From Squalus acanthias (lineage: Eukaryota), in NCBI GenBank assembly GCA_030390025.1, contig CM059432.1:113338001-113402000 (forward strand): a stretch of 64,000 nt of DNA, given 5' to 3'. The number at the start of each line of letters is the position of its first letter. Within the stretch, counting starts at the first letter, position 1. Position numbers and translations under genes: made by a program. Below the pieces are notes generated by a model. It did no database searches, was not told the DNA's origin, and worked only from the letters and a program-made list of their open reading frames with translations. This document shows positions 35,883-47,999 of the stretch, one piece after another.

Positions 35883-38800
35883 GGCCCCAATTTACATGAG
35901 TCTTTGATCACAGTTTAAGTGCCAGGATCACTCGCCTGGAACTTTCGCTCTTGACCCTGCTGGAGTATGCAGACTTGGAGGGAGCTTCGCAAATGTAAGG
36001 GTTTAAATCAAACGTGGCCACAGTAAAAAAAAATTCTAAAAGGTCTAAGAGCGTTAAAAAAACAAGCCTGAAGGCTTTGTGTCTTAATGCGAGGAGCATT
36101 CGTAATAAGGTGGATGAATTAGCTGCGCAAATAGAGGTAAACGAATATGATATGATTGGGATTACGGAAACATGGCTCCAGGGTGACCAAGGCTGGGAAC
36201 TCAACATACAGGGGTATTCAATATTCAGGAAAGACAGGCAAAAAGGAAAAGGAGGTGGGGTAGCATTGCTAGTTAAAGAGGGGATTAACACAATTGTAAG
36301 GAAGGATATTAGCTCTGATGATGTGGAATCTGTATGGGTAGAACTGAGAAATACCAAGGGGCTGAAAATGCTAGTGGGAGTGGTGTATAGACCCCCAAAC
36401 AGTAATACGGAGGTTGGGGATGGCATTAAAAGGGAAATTAGAGAAGCGTGCAATAAGAGCACAGCAGTTATCATGCGCGACTTTAATCTACATATAGATT
36501 GGGCTAACCAAATTACTAACAATACTGTGGAGGAGGAATTCCTGGAGTGTATACGGGATGGTTTCCTGGACCAATATGTTGAGGAACCAACTAGAGATCA
36601 GGCCATCTTAAACTGGGTATTATGCAATGAGAAAGGATTAATTAGCAATCTTGTTGTGCGAGGCCCCTTGGGTCGGAGCGATCATAATATGATCGAATTC
36701 TTCATTAAGATGGAGAGTGAAGTAGTTGACTCAGAGACTAGGGTCCTGAATTTAAATAAAGGAAACTATGATGGTATGAGGCGCGAGTTGGGTAGGATTG
36801 ATTGGGAAATGTCACTCAAAGCGTTGACGGTGGAGAGGCAATGGCAAGCATTCAAAGATCGCATGAATGAACTACAGAATTTGTTCATCCCAGTTTGGCA
36901 TAAAAATAAAACAAAAAAGGTGACTCAACCGTGGCTAACAAAGAAAATTAGGGATAGCATAAGATCCAAGGAAAGGACATATAAATTGGCCAGAAAAAGC
37001 AGAAAACCTGAGGATTGGGAACAGTATAGGATTCAGCAAAGAAGGACAAAGGGATTAATTAAGAGGGGGAAAATAGAGTATGAGAGTAAGCTTGCGAGGA
37101 ACATAAAAACTGACTGTAAAAGCTTTTATAGATATGTGAAGAGAAAAAGATTGGTGAAGTCAAGCGTAGGTCCCTTGCAGTCAGAATCAGGGGAATTTAT
37201 AATGGGGAACAAAGAAATGGCAGACCAATTAAATACATACTTTGGTTCTGTCTTCACAAAGGAGGACACAAATAACCTCCCAGAGATGTCGGGGAACATA
37301 GGGTCTAATGAGAAGGAGGAACTGAAAGAAATCAGTATTTGTAGGGAAATAGTGTTAGGGAAATTGACGGGATTGAAGGCCGATAAATCCCCAGGGCCTG
37401 ATAATCTACATCCTAGGGTACTTAAGGAAGTGGCCCTAGAAATAGTAGATGCATTGCTGGTCATCTTCCAAAATTCTATAGACTCTGGAACAATGTTACC
37501 CCACTATTCAAAAAAGGTGGTAGAGAAAAAACGGGGAATTATAGACCAGTAAGCCTGACATCGGTAGTGGGGAAAATGCTAGAGTCCATTATAAAAGATG
37601 TAATAGCAGAGCACTTGGAAAACAGTGACAGGATCGGACAAAGTCAACATGGATTTACAAAAGGCAAATCGTGCTTGACTAATCTACTGGAAATTTTTGA
37701 GGATGTAACTGGTAAAATGGATAAGGGAGAACCAGTGGATGTGGTGTATTTGGACTTTCAGAAGGCTTTTGATAAGGTCCCGCATAAAAGATTAGCGTGT
37801 AAAGTTAAGGCACATGGGATTGGGGGCAAGGTATTGACTTGGATAGAGAACTGGTTGGCAGACAGAAAGCAAAGAGTTGGAATAAATGGGTCTTTTTCTG
37901 AGTGGCAGGCGGTGACTAGTGGGGTACCGCAGGGATCGGTCCTAGGACCCCAGCTATTCACAATATATATTAATGATCTGGACGATGGAATTGATGTAAT
38001 ATCTCCAAGTTTGCAGACGACACAAAGCTGGGTGGGAGTGTGTGCCGTGAGGAGGATGCCGAGAAACTCCAGTATGATTTGGACAGGTTGGGTGATTGGG
38101 CAGAAGCATGGCAGATGCAATATAATGTGGATAAATGCGAGGTTATACACTTTGGTGTCAAAAACAGGAAGGCAGATTATTATCTGAATGGCAATAGATT
38201 GGGAGAAGGGGAAGTGCAACGAGACCTGGGTGTCCTTGTGCACCAATCGCTGAAGGTAAGCATGCAGGTGCAGCAGGCGGTTAAGAAGACAAATGGTATG
38301 TTGGCCTTCGTAGCGAAAGGGTTCGAGTACAGGAACAAGGATGTCTTGCTGCAGTTGTACAGGGCCTTGGTGAGACCACATCTTGAGTATTGTATGCAGT
38401 TTTGGTCGCCTTATCTGAGGAAGGATGTTCTTGCCATGGAGGGAGTGCAGCGAAGATTCACCAGGCTGATACCCGGGATGGCAGGAATGGCGTATGAGGA
38501 GAGATTGGGTCAATTGGGCTTATACTCACTGGAGTTTAGAAGAATGAGAGGGGATCTCATTGAAACTTATAAAATTCTAACAGGACTAGACAGACTAGAT
38601 GCAGGAAGGATGTTCCCGATGGCCGGGGAGTCCAGAACCAGCGGTCACAGTCTAAGGATAAGGGGTAAGCCATTTAGGACTGAGATGAGGAGGAATTTCT
38701 TCACCCAGAGAGTGGTGAACCTGTGGAATTCTCTACCACAGAAGGCAGTAGAGGCCAATTCATTAAATATATTCAAGAAGGAGTTAGATATATTTCTTAA

Positions 38801-39383
38801 AACTAAAGGGATCAAGGGATATGGGGAGAAAGCAGGGACAGGGTACTGAATTTGGATGATCAGCCATGATCTCATTGAATGGCGGAGCAGGCTCAAGGGG
38901 CTGAATGGCTTACTCCTGCTCCTATCTTCTATGTTTCTATGTTTCTATGTAAGCACTGCTGGTAGGTGCCCATGCTACTATGTTCGTATCTTAGGCACCT
39001 GCCGTCGTAGGGGGTGTGGGTATCGTGGCAGAGGTCTACTGCTCCGAAATGTTCTGAAAACCCCAGGCCCAACAGTTTTTTGATTGTAGCAATTCTGCCC
39101 CCTTTATATAAAGGGGGCTGATTCTTCACAGCATCCTCCTTTTGTCTTCAGGGCCCCGGGACAAGACTCGGGTGTGGACTCCCAGATGGATTTGACTTCT
39201 GCTAGCCAGTAAGCCGGTACGCCTCTTCTCACCCAGCGTAGCAACGATGCAGATCCCAGGCCAGGATTAAGGAAACTCCTGCCCCAAGGGTCCCCTCCTC
39301 TGGCCATATCTCCTCTGGTACACATCCTGATCCTAGCCCATTGTCTGGGCCTTCCGCAATGCTCCCATCCAACTTACGGGGCT
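35883..39383. mobile_element. Probable MITE (~550 bp without its CR1 insert), inserted in a SINE
   Basis: GGCCCC...GGGGCT termini with TAT on both sides (35880-35882, 39384-39386); flanks rejoin as cctagattat|gtgttcaag. Confidence 0.5.
36000..38946 (+). mobile_element. CR1 LINE with near-complete ORF2 (APE endonuclease and RT), frameshifted
   Basis: LCLNARSIRNK, IGITETWL, GVVYRPPNS, SDHNMIEF and RT motifs; deletion at ~37492 and frameshift at ~37992; ATGTAAG TSD (35993-35999, 38947-38953). Confidence 0.95.
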
Positions 39384-42111
39384 TATGTGTTCAAGTACTG
39401 GTATGGGACTCTGAGGTGAGAGTGCTACCGACTGTGTACAAAATACTGTCTAAAAGGGTACCTGAGGCACACAGTGCTCATTGAAAAATAAATTGCAGAT
39501 CTTGGCACGACTTATATATTGTAGCTGTCTTGTCCATGGGAGATAAAGGTCCCCCATGAGTAGAACTGTTGCCTGAATAGAATTAGCAGAAACACATACA
39601 TTTATATCTTCGTCGGTTCTTGCTTCCAGTGAAATAAAATTAATTCAACCATGGGAATATATTGCTAAGCAGAAACAGCACTGGAAAAGTTATTACATTG
39701 TACCTTGTGAGTCACTTTCAAATGTTTTGTACAACTGGCACAGGCATCTTCTACAGAGTTTGCGTTCGAGTGACATGTGATCATCATGAGCGAAGACAGT
39801 CTCTGTACACTAGCGCCACGGGGGGAGGGGGAGATTCCACCTTCCCCTGTGAAATCAAATATTTCCACACAGATATTCTGTGTTGTATTTTTGTAACTAT
39901 TTTATTCCCTTTTTTATAAGTTCACGTCTCTATCTGACACCCTTGCTCTCTCGACCAATATGGAAGTCATCTAGGTGTGGGTAAATCAACCATTTTTTAG
40001 GCCACAAAGGTGGTTTCATCAAGGTCAACACTGCCACTACAAATGGAATGAGCACACACTTTTCTCAGGAACAAAAGGGTCAATATTCCGAATATGTGCT
40101 CCTGGCTCGAAGCCTCGGCTGCTGGGAATGCATATCGAGAAATCAGAGTACACTCTCCACATTTTTCCATCGCTATTCATATCTGAATTTCCAACATGCT
40201 CTGCTGGTAGAAGAGGATTTCCAATGGGAGCCTGAAATGGGAAATGTACCCTTACTGTGTATTAAAAATGTCGCTTTTGACTAGTGAATTTACTTTAAAT
40301 CAAAGAACTTGTATATCAGCTCAATGGACTTAAACTGGAGTCAGGGCCATTGACTGAAGCGTCGACATTTTTATTTCTGATTATCTGATTTTGACTTTTA
40401 AAAATACTGATAAATATTTGTAAAAACAGTCATTTTATGGTGTTCTGTACATGTTGCACAGAACATGCTGAGGGTATCAGGGGCCAGAATGTTGGTGATC
40501 AGCAGCCAGTAAAGGGCGCATGGGTACATGGAGTGCAGTGATGGCAAAAGGGACATGGGAAAGGCCAGGTGGAGGAATTTTTTTAATCTATTAGGCTCTC
40601 CTCTACTATGTTTTTGCTGGGAGTGTACTATAGGCCCCCAAACAGTCAGGGGGAGATAGAGGAACAGATATGTAGACAAATCTCAGAGAAGTGTAGAAAT
40701 AATAGGGTAATAATAGTAGGGGATTTCAACTTCCCCAATATTAACTGGGATAGTCAGAGTGTGAAAGGCTTAGAGGGTGCGGAATTCTTAAAGTGCATCC
40801 AGGAGAGCTTTTTGAGCCAGCATGTAGAAAGTCCTACAAGAGAGGGGGCGGTACTGGACCTAGTTCTAGGGAATGTAGCCGAGCGAGTGGTAGAAGTGTC
40901 AGTAGGAGAGCATTTTGGTGACAGTGACCATAATTCGGTGAGATTTAAGGTAGTCATGGAAAAGGATGAAGATGGACCGGAAATAAAGGTTCTAAATTGG
41001 GGGAAGGCCGATTTTAATATGATAAAGCAGGATCTGGCCAAAGTGGACTGGGATCAGCTACTTGTAGGAAAATCCACATCAGAGCAATGGGAGTCTTTCA
41101 GAAAGGAAATAGAGAGAGTACAACGCCAACATGTTCCCGTAAAGGTCAAGGGTGGGACCAACAAGCCCAGGGAACCCTGGATGTCAAGGGATATACAAGA
41201 ATAGATTTGGAAAAAAAGGGAGGCTTTTGGCAGATACAAAGGACTAAAAACAGTGGAAGCCCTAGAGGAGTATAGAAAGTGCAGGGGGGTACTTAAAAAA
41301 GAAATTAGAAGAGCGAAGAGGGGGCATGAAAAAACACTGGCAGGCAAAATAAAGGAAAATCCCAAGGTGTTTTATAAGTATATTAAGGGCAAGAGGATAA
41401 CCAGGGAAAGAGTAGGGCCCATTTGGGACCAAAGTGGCAATCTGTGTGTAGAGCCGGAAGATGTAGGTGAGGTTTTAAATTAATATTTTGCATCTGTGTT
41501 CACTATGGAAAAGGACGATGTAAGCATAGAAATCAGGCAGGGGGATTGTGATATACTTGAACAAATTAGTATTGAGAGGGAGGAGGTACTAGCGGTTTTA
41601 GTGGGCTTAAAAGTGGATAAATCCCCAGGCCCAGACGAGATGTATCCCAGGCTGCTGTGTGAGGCAAGGGAGGAGATTGCAGGGGCTCTGACACAAATTT
41701 TCAGAACCTCTCTGGCCACAGGGGAGGTGCCAAAGGACTGGAGAACATCTAACGTAGTACCATTATTCAAGAAGGGTAGTAGGGATAAACCAGGGAATTA
41801 CAGGCCAGTGAGCCTAACATCAGTGGTAGGGAAATTATTGGAAAAAATTCTGAGGGACAGAATTAGTCTCCACTTGGAGAGGCAAGGATTAATCAAGGAT
41901 AGTCAGCATGGCTTTGTCAGGGGGAGATCATGTCTAACTAATTTGATTGAACTTTTCAAGGGGGTGACTAGGTGTGTGGATGAGGGTAGTGCAGTTGATG
42001 TAGTCTACATGGACTTCAGTAAGGCTTTTGACAAAGACCCGCATGGGAGACTGGTCAAGAAGGTAAGAACCCATGGGATACAGGGCAATTTGGCACATTG
42101 GATCCAAAATT

Positions 42112-42248
42112 ACATAGAAACATAGAAACATAGAAGATAGGAGCAGGAGTAGGCCATTCGGCCCCTCGAGCCTGCTCCGCCATTCGATGAGATCATGGCT
42201 GATCATCCAAACTCAGTACCCTGTCCCTGCCTTCTCCCCATATCCCTT
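42112..42248 (-). mobile_element. CR1 3' tail inserted in CR1
   Basis: 10-bp TSD ATCCAAAATT (42102-42111, 42249-42258). Confidence 0.9.
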
Positions 42249-42875
42249 ATCCAAAATTGGCTTATGGCAGGAGGTAGAGGGTGATGGTCGAAGGTTGTTT
42301 TTGTGACTGGAAGCCTGTGTCCAGTGGTGTACCGCTGGGATCGTTGCTGGGTCCTTTGCAGTTTGTAGTGTACATTAATGATTTAGATATGAATGTAGGA
42401 GGTATGATCAGTAAGTTCGCAGATGACATGAAAATTCGTGGAGTGGTAAATAGCGAGGAGGGAAGCCTCAGGCTACAGGACGATAGAGACGGGTTGGTTA
42501 GATGGGCAGAACAGTGGCAAATGGAATTTATCCCTGAAAAGTGTAAGGTGATGCATTTTGGGAGGACTAACAAGGCAAGGGAATACACAATGAATGGTAG
42601 GACCCTAGGAAGGACAGAGGATCAGAGGGACCTTGGTGTGCATGTACATAGATCCCTGAAGGCAGCAGGAAAGGTAGATAAGGTAGTTAAAAAGTCATAT
42701 GGGATACTTGCCTTCATTAGCCGAGGCATAGAATATAAGAACAGGGAGGTTATGATGGAGCTGTACAAAACGCTAGTTAGGCCACAGTTGGAATACTGTG
42801 TGCAGTTCTGGTCACCACACTATAGGAAGGATGTGATTGCATTGGAGAGGGTGCAGAAGAGATTCACCAGGATGT

Positions 42876-43320
42876 GGGCAACACGGTGGCATAGTGGTTA
42901 GCACTGGTGCCTCACAGCGCCAGGGACCTGGGTTCGAATCTGGCCTCGGGTGACTGTCTGTGTGGAGTTTGCACATTCTCCCCGTGTCTGCGTGGGTTTC
43001 CTCCGGGTGCTCCGGTTTCCTCCCACAGTCCAAAAATGTGCGGGTTAGGTTGATTTGGCTATGATAAATTGACCCTTAGTGTTAGGGGGGATTAAATATG
43101 TGGGGTTACGGGGATAGGATGGGATATGTTAGGGGGAATTAAATACGTGGGGTTACGGGTGGGATATGTGTCGGTGCAGGCTCGATGGGGATTCTGTGTG
43201 AGAGAGCAGGGACAGGGTACTGGATTTGGATGATCAGCCATGATCGTATTGAATGGTGGAGCAGGCTCGACGGGCCGAATGGCCTACTCCTGCTCCTAGT
43301 TTCTATGTTTCTATGTTTCT
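42876..43320 (+). mobile_element. V-SINE (HE1-like) tRNA-derived SINE
   Basis: A box tggcatagtgg, B box ggttcgaatc, central tgtgtggagtttgcacattctccccgtgtctgcgtgggtttcctcc domain, CR1-type 3' tail; ATGT TSD. Confidence 0.85.
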
Positions 43321-43784
43321 ATGTTACCTGGGCTGGAGCGCTTCAGCTATGAAGAGAGACTGGACAGGCTGGGGTTGTTTTCCTTAGAGCAGAGAAGGCT
43401 GAGGGGGGACCTGATTGAGGTGTACAAAATTATGAGGGGCATAGATAGGGTATATAGAAAGGAACTTTTCCCCTTAGTAGAGGGGTCAATAACCAGGGGG
43501 CATAGTTTCAAGGTAAGGGGCAGGAGGTTTAGAGGGGATTTGAGGAAAAACTTTTTCACCCAGAGGGTGGTTGGAATCTGGAACTCACTGCCTGAAAGTG
43601 TGGTAGAGACAGGAGCCCTCACAACATTCAAGAAGCATTTAGATGAGCACTTGAAACGCCATAGCATACAAGGCTACGGACCAAGTGCTGGAAAATGGGA
43701 TTAGAATAGATAGGGCTTGATGGCCGGCGCAGACACGATGGGCCGAAGGGCCTCTTTCTGTGCTGTATAACTCTATGACTCTAT

Positions 43785-44674
43785 GGGGGAGAAATTCAGT
43801 ATCGCCCCGTTTGTGGCGCGATTATCGGCCAGGCGCAAAGTTTAGTGCCTGGTGCTAATTATTGCCTCTGACTGCAAACTTGGCTTTTATCATCCCTGGA
43901 GGTGATTAGAGCGCTAATCATTCGCTGCACACCTGTCTTAAGGCGCAAAGGCCGAGGAGCGAGGCGCTAACTCAGAGTGCTGGCGAAGCTCATGTGATGT
44001 CAGGGTGCAATGGAACACAGACACACTGGCGCCGGCCAGTTCTTAAAGGGGAGGGTCGATCTTGCTTTCCATCCACACCTTGCTCATTGCAGCCTTGAAT
44101 CTAGGCCTGGAGAGACCTGTACATCAAATCTGTTGGAAAGAACAATAGAGAGGCCCGGGGAAAGAGCTCAGAGTGCAGCCCCCATATTCTCTTCAAAATC
44201 GATGCAAGGAAGATCAAAAAAAAAGAACATGCAAAGTGCTGCTCAGTACCCAAAACTCCTCAACACAGCTTTGAATATCTCCTGCAGTCTCTCTCTCTCA
44301 CTCAGAATGCGTGGTGAAAAAATTTCGCCGACAAAAAAAGGCAGGAAGCAGTCAGCTTTAAATAGCGCTCCCCCAGTCCCTTCCCGAGTGCAAAATGCTC
44401 CCCTCAACCTGTCGTTGCTAGCGGCAGGCGGTAAGGCAGGGGGCGCCACTCAATATCCACTCCGGGGCGCTACCGGGGCGTTGCACGCTCGACTGACGTC
44501 ACGATCTGCGGGCGCAGGAGATCATGGCGGTAGTGTTTAGCGCTGCCGCAAAATGTCTGGTCAATTTCATGAGCGGCGCAAACATCGCCACGCACGGGCG
44601 CTAGTTGCTTTGCGCCCTATTAGCGCCCTCTTAAGGCGCTAACGGGAGGCGCAAACCAACTGAATTTTTCCCCC
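43785..44674 (+). mobile_element. Harbinger-type MITE, family A copy 3
   Basis: TIR GGGGGAGAAATTCAGT / ACTGAATTTTTCCCCC; TAT TSD; sits inside the CR1 microsatellite tail. Confidence 0.9.
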
Positions 44675-45832
44675 TATGACTCTATGTCCATTCAGACATT
44701 ATCTGAGATTCCCTCATTTTAAATTTTTGGGGCCTTAATGTGCTTAGTGCACAGCTTCTGCGCAGATTCCCAGTGTCCTTCATGTTTGCTGGCTGCAGTG
44801 GGACACGTTAGTTATCTCATGCATTTTACAACCTCCGGCTTCTGTGTCCCATACTATGAAGGAACCAATGGCATCGAGCGCCCACCATCTCATTATCACC
44901 AACCCACCATACTTTCATTTAAATTTTTACCTCTTTCCCCACCCCCCCCATTATATCCTTTGCTGTCCTCATAGTTTGTCGTGAAGGTAAGGGGATGATC
45001 TGCAGGCAGCTGGTAAAACTTTTCACTGCAGGACTCGCACCTCACCTTCCCTGCTGATATGAAAGGTCAGCCAACAAAGCATCGACTCGCTGTGTTAGCA
45101 GACAAGTGGCTCTGGGGACCATAGGTTAAACCTTGATGCCAATGGAAGCATTTCATGACTTTGTCTTTCGTCTATTTTTAACTACAGAAGAAGCACTGGA
45201 AGAAGGAGTAACATGCGGTAGTTGGCACACGTCCCCATTCAGTGCTACCGCCAGGCTCAAAGGCAAGATGCCCCAGGTGGTAGTTGCATCATTGGAGAAA
45301 CTCAGAGCTGATGTGTTCATTTTTGTTCTTTTCTTTGATTTTTCTTCATCAATTCCTATCTACCTTTAATCATGTACCTAGGGGTGATCTGGCATTATAA
45401 TCAAAAAATAACATTGGCACTGAAGTGATTAACTACAAAAATTAAATTTGTGCTGTATTTCATCTCCTGTGCTGGGTTTTATTTCTATCAGAGCCCTTTG
45501 TCGGCATACTTACAGGAGGAACGGGAATATGAATAGACTTGTATATAAGCTACATATAGCACTCATCTGTCACAGCCCAGTGGATTGGAAGGTAGCAAAT
45601 GTAACACCGCTGTCCAAGAAAGGAGGGAGAAAGAAAACAGGGAACTACAGGCCAGTTAGCCTGACATCAGTCATCGGGAAAATGCTGGAATCCATTATTA
45701 AGGAAGTGGTGACAGGGCACTTAGAAAATAATAATATGATTAGGCAGAGTCAACATGGTTTTAAGAAAGGAAAATCGTGTTTGCTGATGATACAAAGCTA
45801 GGTGGGAATGTAAGCTGTGAGAAGGACACAAA

Positions 45833-47121
45833 GGGCTGGAAATTCATTATAGCCAAGGAATGAGTGGTGTCAGTAGAAAAGTTGGAGTATTAGAGCCAGG
45901 CGCAAAAGCTTTAGACTGCACAAAAAATTCATGCTCATTGCTCAATTAAATTATTGGAGTCCTAAATCAAGTCTTAAAACCCAAGCTCATTGGCGTTACA
46001 CTTAAATGGTGGACCAATATCGGCTGCAGTCTAATCGCAACTCATCATTGCCACAGGCATTTTTCACTACTTAAAGGGCAGGTTCATTGATGCTGCAGCA
46101 CCTCATTCTCAGCATTGCTTGCTGTGCAGCTGCCTCAGCAAGCAAAAGCAGAACAAGGAGAAGAAGCCGGAGGACTGAACCAGGTGTGCTCATGGCAGGT
46201 CCACGCCCCAGGGAGCGAGCCCGCAGATTCTCTGATGAAGCATTGGAGGCATTGTTTTTCGCTGTGGAGAGTTGGAGATTGGTGCTCTACCAGACAAGTG
46301 GCAGGAGGCCCTCACCACAAGTCTTCCAAACCAGGTGGAGGGAGGTAGCGCAGCACGTCTCGGGCAGCACTGTGGTCCCCAGGACCCACACACAGTGCAG
46401 GAAGAAATTTAATGAGCTCACTTGGGTGGTCAGGGTGAGTGAATGCCTCAACAAATGCTATGTACCACCGTCTGAACCTCAGTTTGCACACACTGCCCAA
46501 AGAACCACACCCCCAGCACTCACCCACCAACAATCTCTACCTACTAACACTCACATCCACATCTCACACCTTGCACACAATGACAGCTATTCAACTATGG
46601 CAGGCACATCACCCAAACACATTGCTCCACACTCACTCACACACTTTCCTTTCTCTTGCAGGCCAAGGTGGCTCACAACAGGAGGGAGCAGGAGCTCACA
46701 GGCGGGGGGACAAGCCGACACCCAACCACTGTCTGAGCTGGAGGAAAGAGTGCTGCAGATCATTGGGCACCAGGTGGTGGGTGCCGTGGCCACTGAAACT
46801 GCACTAACCTGATAGCTGCGAGTGATTACTGATGATCCCTTTAAATAACGTCCCAGGAACCGGCTTCCTGGTGCTGCATGCCAGGTGGTGCGTTAAGTGG
46901 CGAGAATCAATTTTGTAAATCAGGCGGTCAGTGAGCGTTGCACACTCACTCACTGACGTCACGATCTACCTGCCATTGACGTTCCTGACGATAACTCTTA
47001 CCGGCAGCGCTACAGGGGGGGAGGGGGGCCAGATTTGGCGTGTGGCGCTGGATTCGCCTCGCCCCAGTGATACTGGTCTAGTGCCCCATTAGCGCCATCT
47101 ACTGGGACAAATCTTTCCCCC
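45833..47121 (+). mobile_element. Non-autonomous Harbinger retaining only Myb exons 1-2
   Basis: Left end GGGCTGGAAATTCATTATAGCCAAG matches the reverse of the family D right end; AAA TSD (45830-45832, 47122-47124). Confidence 0.85.
46192..46812 (+). pseudogene. Harbinger Myb/SANT gene, exons 1-2
   Basis: MAGPRPRERARRFSDEALEAL...QCRKKFNELTWVVR; GT-AG intron 46435-46661; AKVAHNRREQELTGG, then +1 frameshift in a G run, QADTQPLSELEERVLQIIG. Confidence 0.85.
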
Positions 47122-47999
47122 AAAGAGTCTGCAATAGGATATAGACAGGTTAAGTGAGTGGGCAAGAAGGTGGCAGATGGAGTTTAATGTGGGGAAATGT
47201 GAAGTTATTCAATTTGCTAGGAAGAATAGAAAAACAGAACATTTTTTAAATGGTGAGAAACTATTAAATGTTGGTGTTCAGAGAGATTTAGGTGTCGTTG
47301 TGCACAAAACACAGAAAGTTGACATGCAGATACAGCAAGCAATTAGGAAGGCAAATGGTATGTTGGCCTTTATTGCAAGTGGGTTAGAATACAAAAGTAA
47401 GGAAGTCTTGCTGCAGTTGTACAAGGCTTTGGTAAGACCACAACTGTGTACAGTTTTGGTCTCCTTACCTAAGGAAGGATATACTTGCCTGAGAGGTTCA
47501 CTCGATTGATTCCTGGGATGAGAGGGTTGTTCTATGAGGAGAGATTGAGTAAAATGGGCCTATACTCCGGAGTTTAGAAAAATGAGAGGTGATCGCATTG
47601 AAACATATAAAATTCTGAGAAGGCTTCACAGGGTAGAGGCTGAGAGACTGTTTCCCCTGGCTGGAGAGTCTAGAACTGGGGGGCATAGTCTCAGGATAAG
47701 GGGTCAGCCATTTAGGACTGAGAGGAGGAGAAATTTCTTCACTCAGAGGGTTGTGAATCTTTGGAATCCTCTACCCCGGAGGGCTGTGGATGCTCAGTCT
47801 TTGAGTATATTCAAGACTGAGATCGATAGATTTTTGGACACTAAGGGAATCAAGGGATATGGGGATCGGACGGGAAAGTGGAGTTGAGGTCGAAGATCAA
47901 CCATGATCTAATTGAATTGTGGAGCAGGCTCAATGGGCTTAGAAATGACTAATGACACCACTGCACAGGACCATCAATGCAGATGAGGAGAGATGCAAT

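Larger units (their letters stand above)
40606..43784 (+). mobile_element. CR1 LINE ORF2 (APE and RT), with stops and two internal insertions
   Basis: GVYYRPPNS, GDFNFPNINW, SDHNSV, NYRPVSLTS, KFADD; (CTCTATGA)n tail continues at 44675-44686 after a MITE. Confidence 0.95.
45575..47938 (+). mobile_element. Older CR1 LINE, internally deleted, split by a Harbinger
   Basis: DWKVANVTP...NYRPVSLTS; flanks rejoin as gaaggacacaaa|gagtctgcaa. Confidence 0.85.

Noticed and set aside
35883..39393. Solo LTR suggested by a TATA-like motif at ~39103
   Set aside because: No TG..CA ends with a matching 4-6 bp TSD; GG..CC-like ends with a TAT duplication fit a MITE better.
42876..42950. tRNA gene
   Set aside because: tRNA-like head of a SINE, continuous with the V-domain and LINE tail.
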